NCBI GenBank assembly: GCA_965203275.1
Contig: OZ241865.1
Span: forward strand, 352,001-416,000
Length of the DNA: 64,000 bases
Source of the DNA: Bdellovibrionales bacterium
Lineage (GTDB): Bacteria; Bdellovibrionota; Bdellovibrionia; Bdellovibrionales; JAUICD01
Direction of reading: 5' to 3'
Numbering within the stretch: position 1 is the first letter of the stretch; each line of letters begins with the position of its first letter. The notes under the pieces were generated by a model. The model worked only from the letters and a program-made list of their open reading frames with translations. It searched no databases and was not told the origin of the DNA. The position numbers and the translations under genes are program-made. Below, in pieces: positions 61,841-64,000 of this stretch.

Positions 61841-62095
61841 TTAGATAAGTAATTTATCTAATTGACCTTGGCGATCTAGTTCGGATAGTTCCTGAAAGCC
61901 ACCAATTAAGACATCATCAATGAAAATTTGAGGGACTGTCCTCATGCCTGTTTTTTCTTGAAGCTTCTTGAAATCCTCCATATTATCTTCCTTAAAGCAA
62001 ATTTCTTCAAAGGGTTGGTTTTTAGACTGGAATAAGCTCTTAGCCCTATCACAATAAGGACAATGATCTTTGGAATAAATGATAACTTTAGCCAC
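61841..62095 (-). CDS. grxC: Glutaredoxin 3
   Basis: CPYC, RTVPQIFI, IGG; GTG start with AAGGAG RBS. Confidence 0.93.
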   Translation of the reverse strand: MAKVIIYSKDHCPYCDRAKSLFQSKNQPFEEICFKEDNMEDFKKLQEKTGMRTVPQIFIDDVLIGGFQELSELDRQGQLDKLLI

Positions 62096-62205
62096 TTTTA
62101 TTCTCCTTGTAATAATAAATAAACACTTCTTTCTTGAAAAACCACTTAAAATAATTGTACAATACACCCATCAAAAAAAGACTGCAAGGAAAAGGAAAAA
62201 GTACT

Positions 62206-63255
62206 ATGATCAATTCTTTGTCATCACAATACAAAAAAGCAGGCGTGGATATTCAAGCAGGTGAAAAACTTGTAGAGTGGCTTAAGGATACATCCCATCA
62301 AGTAGATTCTTCTCAATGTCGCTGGCTTGAAAAGCACTTGCTTTCTGGTATTGGTGGTTTTGCTTCTATTTTTAAGCTCCCTTCTGGATATAAAAATCCC
62401 TGCTTGGTTAGTTGTACTGATGGTGTGGGGACAAAACTACTCTTAGGTATTCAAGCAGGAAAACTTCAAGGGTTAGGTGAAGACTTAGTGGCTATGTGCG
62501 TCAATGATTTGATTGTACAGGGAGCAAGGCCATTGTTTTTCTTAGATTATTTTGCTTGTGGACAACTAGACCTTAAGACAACTAAGGATTTTTTATTAGG
62601 AGTGCAATCAGCTTGCAAGCAAGCAGGTTGTCTGCTTGTAGGGGGTGAGACAGCAGAAATGCCTGGCTTTTATTTAAAAGGTCATTTTGACTGTGCAGGT
62701 TTTGCTGTAGGTGTTGTTGAAGAAGATCAAATAATTACAGGCCAAGATATGCAACCAGGGGACTTTGTTTTAGGTATTGAAAGTTCTGGTTTTCATAGCA
62801 ATGGTTACAGTCTTTTAAGAAAGATTTTTCATAATGAACCAAAATATTTACAAGAGTTACTCATTCCTACCCGTATTTATGTAGAGCCGATCCTTAAGCT
62901 TTTAGACAAGCAAATAAAGATTCACGGCATGGCTCATATCACAGGTGGAGGCATGGATAACATACAACGTGTTTTACAAAAGGGAATTTCTTTTACGATA
63001 GACCAATGGACGTGGCCTTCTATTTATAAAGAAATTCAACAGCGTACAGGGATGACAACAACAGAACTGCTTAAAACTTTTAACTGTGGTATTGGCTATG
63101 TTCTGATCGTTCCACCCTCATCAGTGGATGCTCTTAAAAAAGAATTAACCTTGTATGATTGGACTGTCCAGCATTTAGGAGTACTTCAGTCTAGCAACCA
63201 GCTTGATAGTTGTTCTTTAAATTATCATCTTGACGAAAAAATAGAAATGCAATAA
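62206..63255 (+). CDS. purM: Phosphoribosylformylglycinamidine cyclo-ligase
   Basis: Y..AGVD, TDGVGTK, DLVAMCVND, GGETAEMPG, SSGFHSNGYSL, HITGGG, TFNCGIG. Confidence 0.96.
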   Translation: MINSLSSQYKKAGVDIQAGEKLVEWLKDTSHQVDSSQCRWLEKHLLSGIGGFASIFKLPSGYKNPCLVSCTDGVGTKLLLGIQAGKLQGLGEDLVAMCVNDLIVQGARPLFFLDYFACGQLDLKTTKDFLLGVQSACKQAGCLLVGGETAEMPGFYLKGHFDCAGFAVGVVEEDQIITGQDMQPGDFVLGIESSGFHSNGYSLLRKIFHNEPKYLQELLIPTRIYVEPILKLLDKQIKIHGMAHITGGGMDNIQRVLQKGISFTIDQWTWPSIYKEIQQRTGMTTTELLKTFNCGIGYVLIVPPSSVDALKKELTLYDWTVQHLGVLQSSNQLDSCSLNYHLDEKIEMQ

Positions 63256-63364
63256 TTTTTTCATTCTTTATTTATTTTCCATCTGCTTTATCCGATCTGT
63301 TTAAAAATACCAAACAAAAAATCATAACTTTTAAATATATCTTTATAACAGAAAGGATGTTCTT

Positions 63365-63559
63365 ATGAATAATTTTCAAGAAGATATCATACCACCACAA
63401 CATGATCATATCGTTGCAGAATATTATTGTTGTTATTTATGTGGTCACGAATTGGCTTTTTCTTATAAGATAGATGAGCATTATCAAAAGATCACAGAGC
63501 AATCAGCTTGTAAAAGTTGTGGCTTTAAAAACAAACCTCAACAATTCCCTTTACAATAA
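63365..63559 (+). CDS. Small putative Zn-ribbon protein
   Basis: CYLCG..CKSCG; AAGGA RBS. Confidence 0.65.
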   Translation: MNNFQEDIIPPQHDHIVAEYYCCYLCGHELAFSYKIDEHYQKITEQSACKSCGFKNKPQQFPLQ

Positions 63560-63857
63560 AATTTTTTCTAAAATATATTCTGTTGTCTGTGTGGTATGGG
63601 CTATATCCTTATAGACTTTTGTCAGAGCTGAGCTGACTTGATTGGTCTTGAAAACTCTAAAGAAAATCACATTATGACCGATATATGTATTAGACAGTGA
63701 TAGATAACTGTTTATAACTAGACTTTAAATAATTTCAAAACAGGTTAAAAAACATAAATTCTGCACAATGAAATACCATGCCATTTTTAAAATATTTAAC
63801 ATGCATATTATAGACTTGATAAATCTTTGTCTTAATAAATTAAATGCATCTTTTGTA

Positions 63858-64000
63858 ATGATTTCATTCATTTGTCTTGCCTTCCAACATGTTGCTTCAT
63901 GCAAGCAAAAGATAAACTATAAAATATTCTGTCTCTATTTTTTATGTAGTGTTTTCTGTTCAAATGTATTAGCTCAAATAACTGATCCTTGGCAACTCAA
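63858..64000 (+). CDS. Possible 5' end of a gene running out of the window
   Basis: Frame open from ATG 63858 to the window end with a signal-like segment (..CSNVLAQ). Confidence 0.3.
   Translation, partial: MISFICLAFQHVASCKQKINYKIFCLYFLCSVFCSNVLAQITDPWQL

Overview
AT-rich bacterial chromosome segment, most likely from a Bdellovibrionota (Bdellovibrio-like) organism. This is an inference from MglA with Ser21 and no adjacent mglB, FQNC/FNNC-type lipoprotein signals, a type IV pilin, and sigma54/sigma28-like promoters. Housekeeping genes (mdh 3' end, tgt, FKBP, HU/IHF, ETF-QO, tatBC, topA, prc, ftsL-like, type II glutamine synthetase, fabI, comF, lolA, grxC, purM) alternate with accessory DNA: four ankyrin genes, a 2222-aa Cys-rich repeat lipoprotein, an intact IS256 element and an Rpn nuclease with an internal start. 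Two things stand out. (1) A compact type I CRISPR-Cas locus (cas6-cas7-cas5-cas3-cas1-cas2 plus a 13-repeat array) with no cas8. It combines I-F2-like Cas7/Cas5 and I-F-like Cas1 with I-E-like Cas6 and a stand-alone Cas2, so Cas3 is unfused. (2) An abundant ~100-nt intergenic element, with about two dozen complete copies in nine clusters. Its stem sequences differ greatly between copies, yet the branched secondary structure is kept by compensatory changes. It has strand-specific GNNA loops and forms nested, stacked and tandem arrays, which suggests an uncharacterised structure-encoded mobile element or ncRNA family. All family assignments come from motif recognition by eye; no database searches were run.
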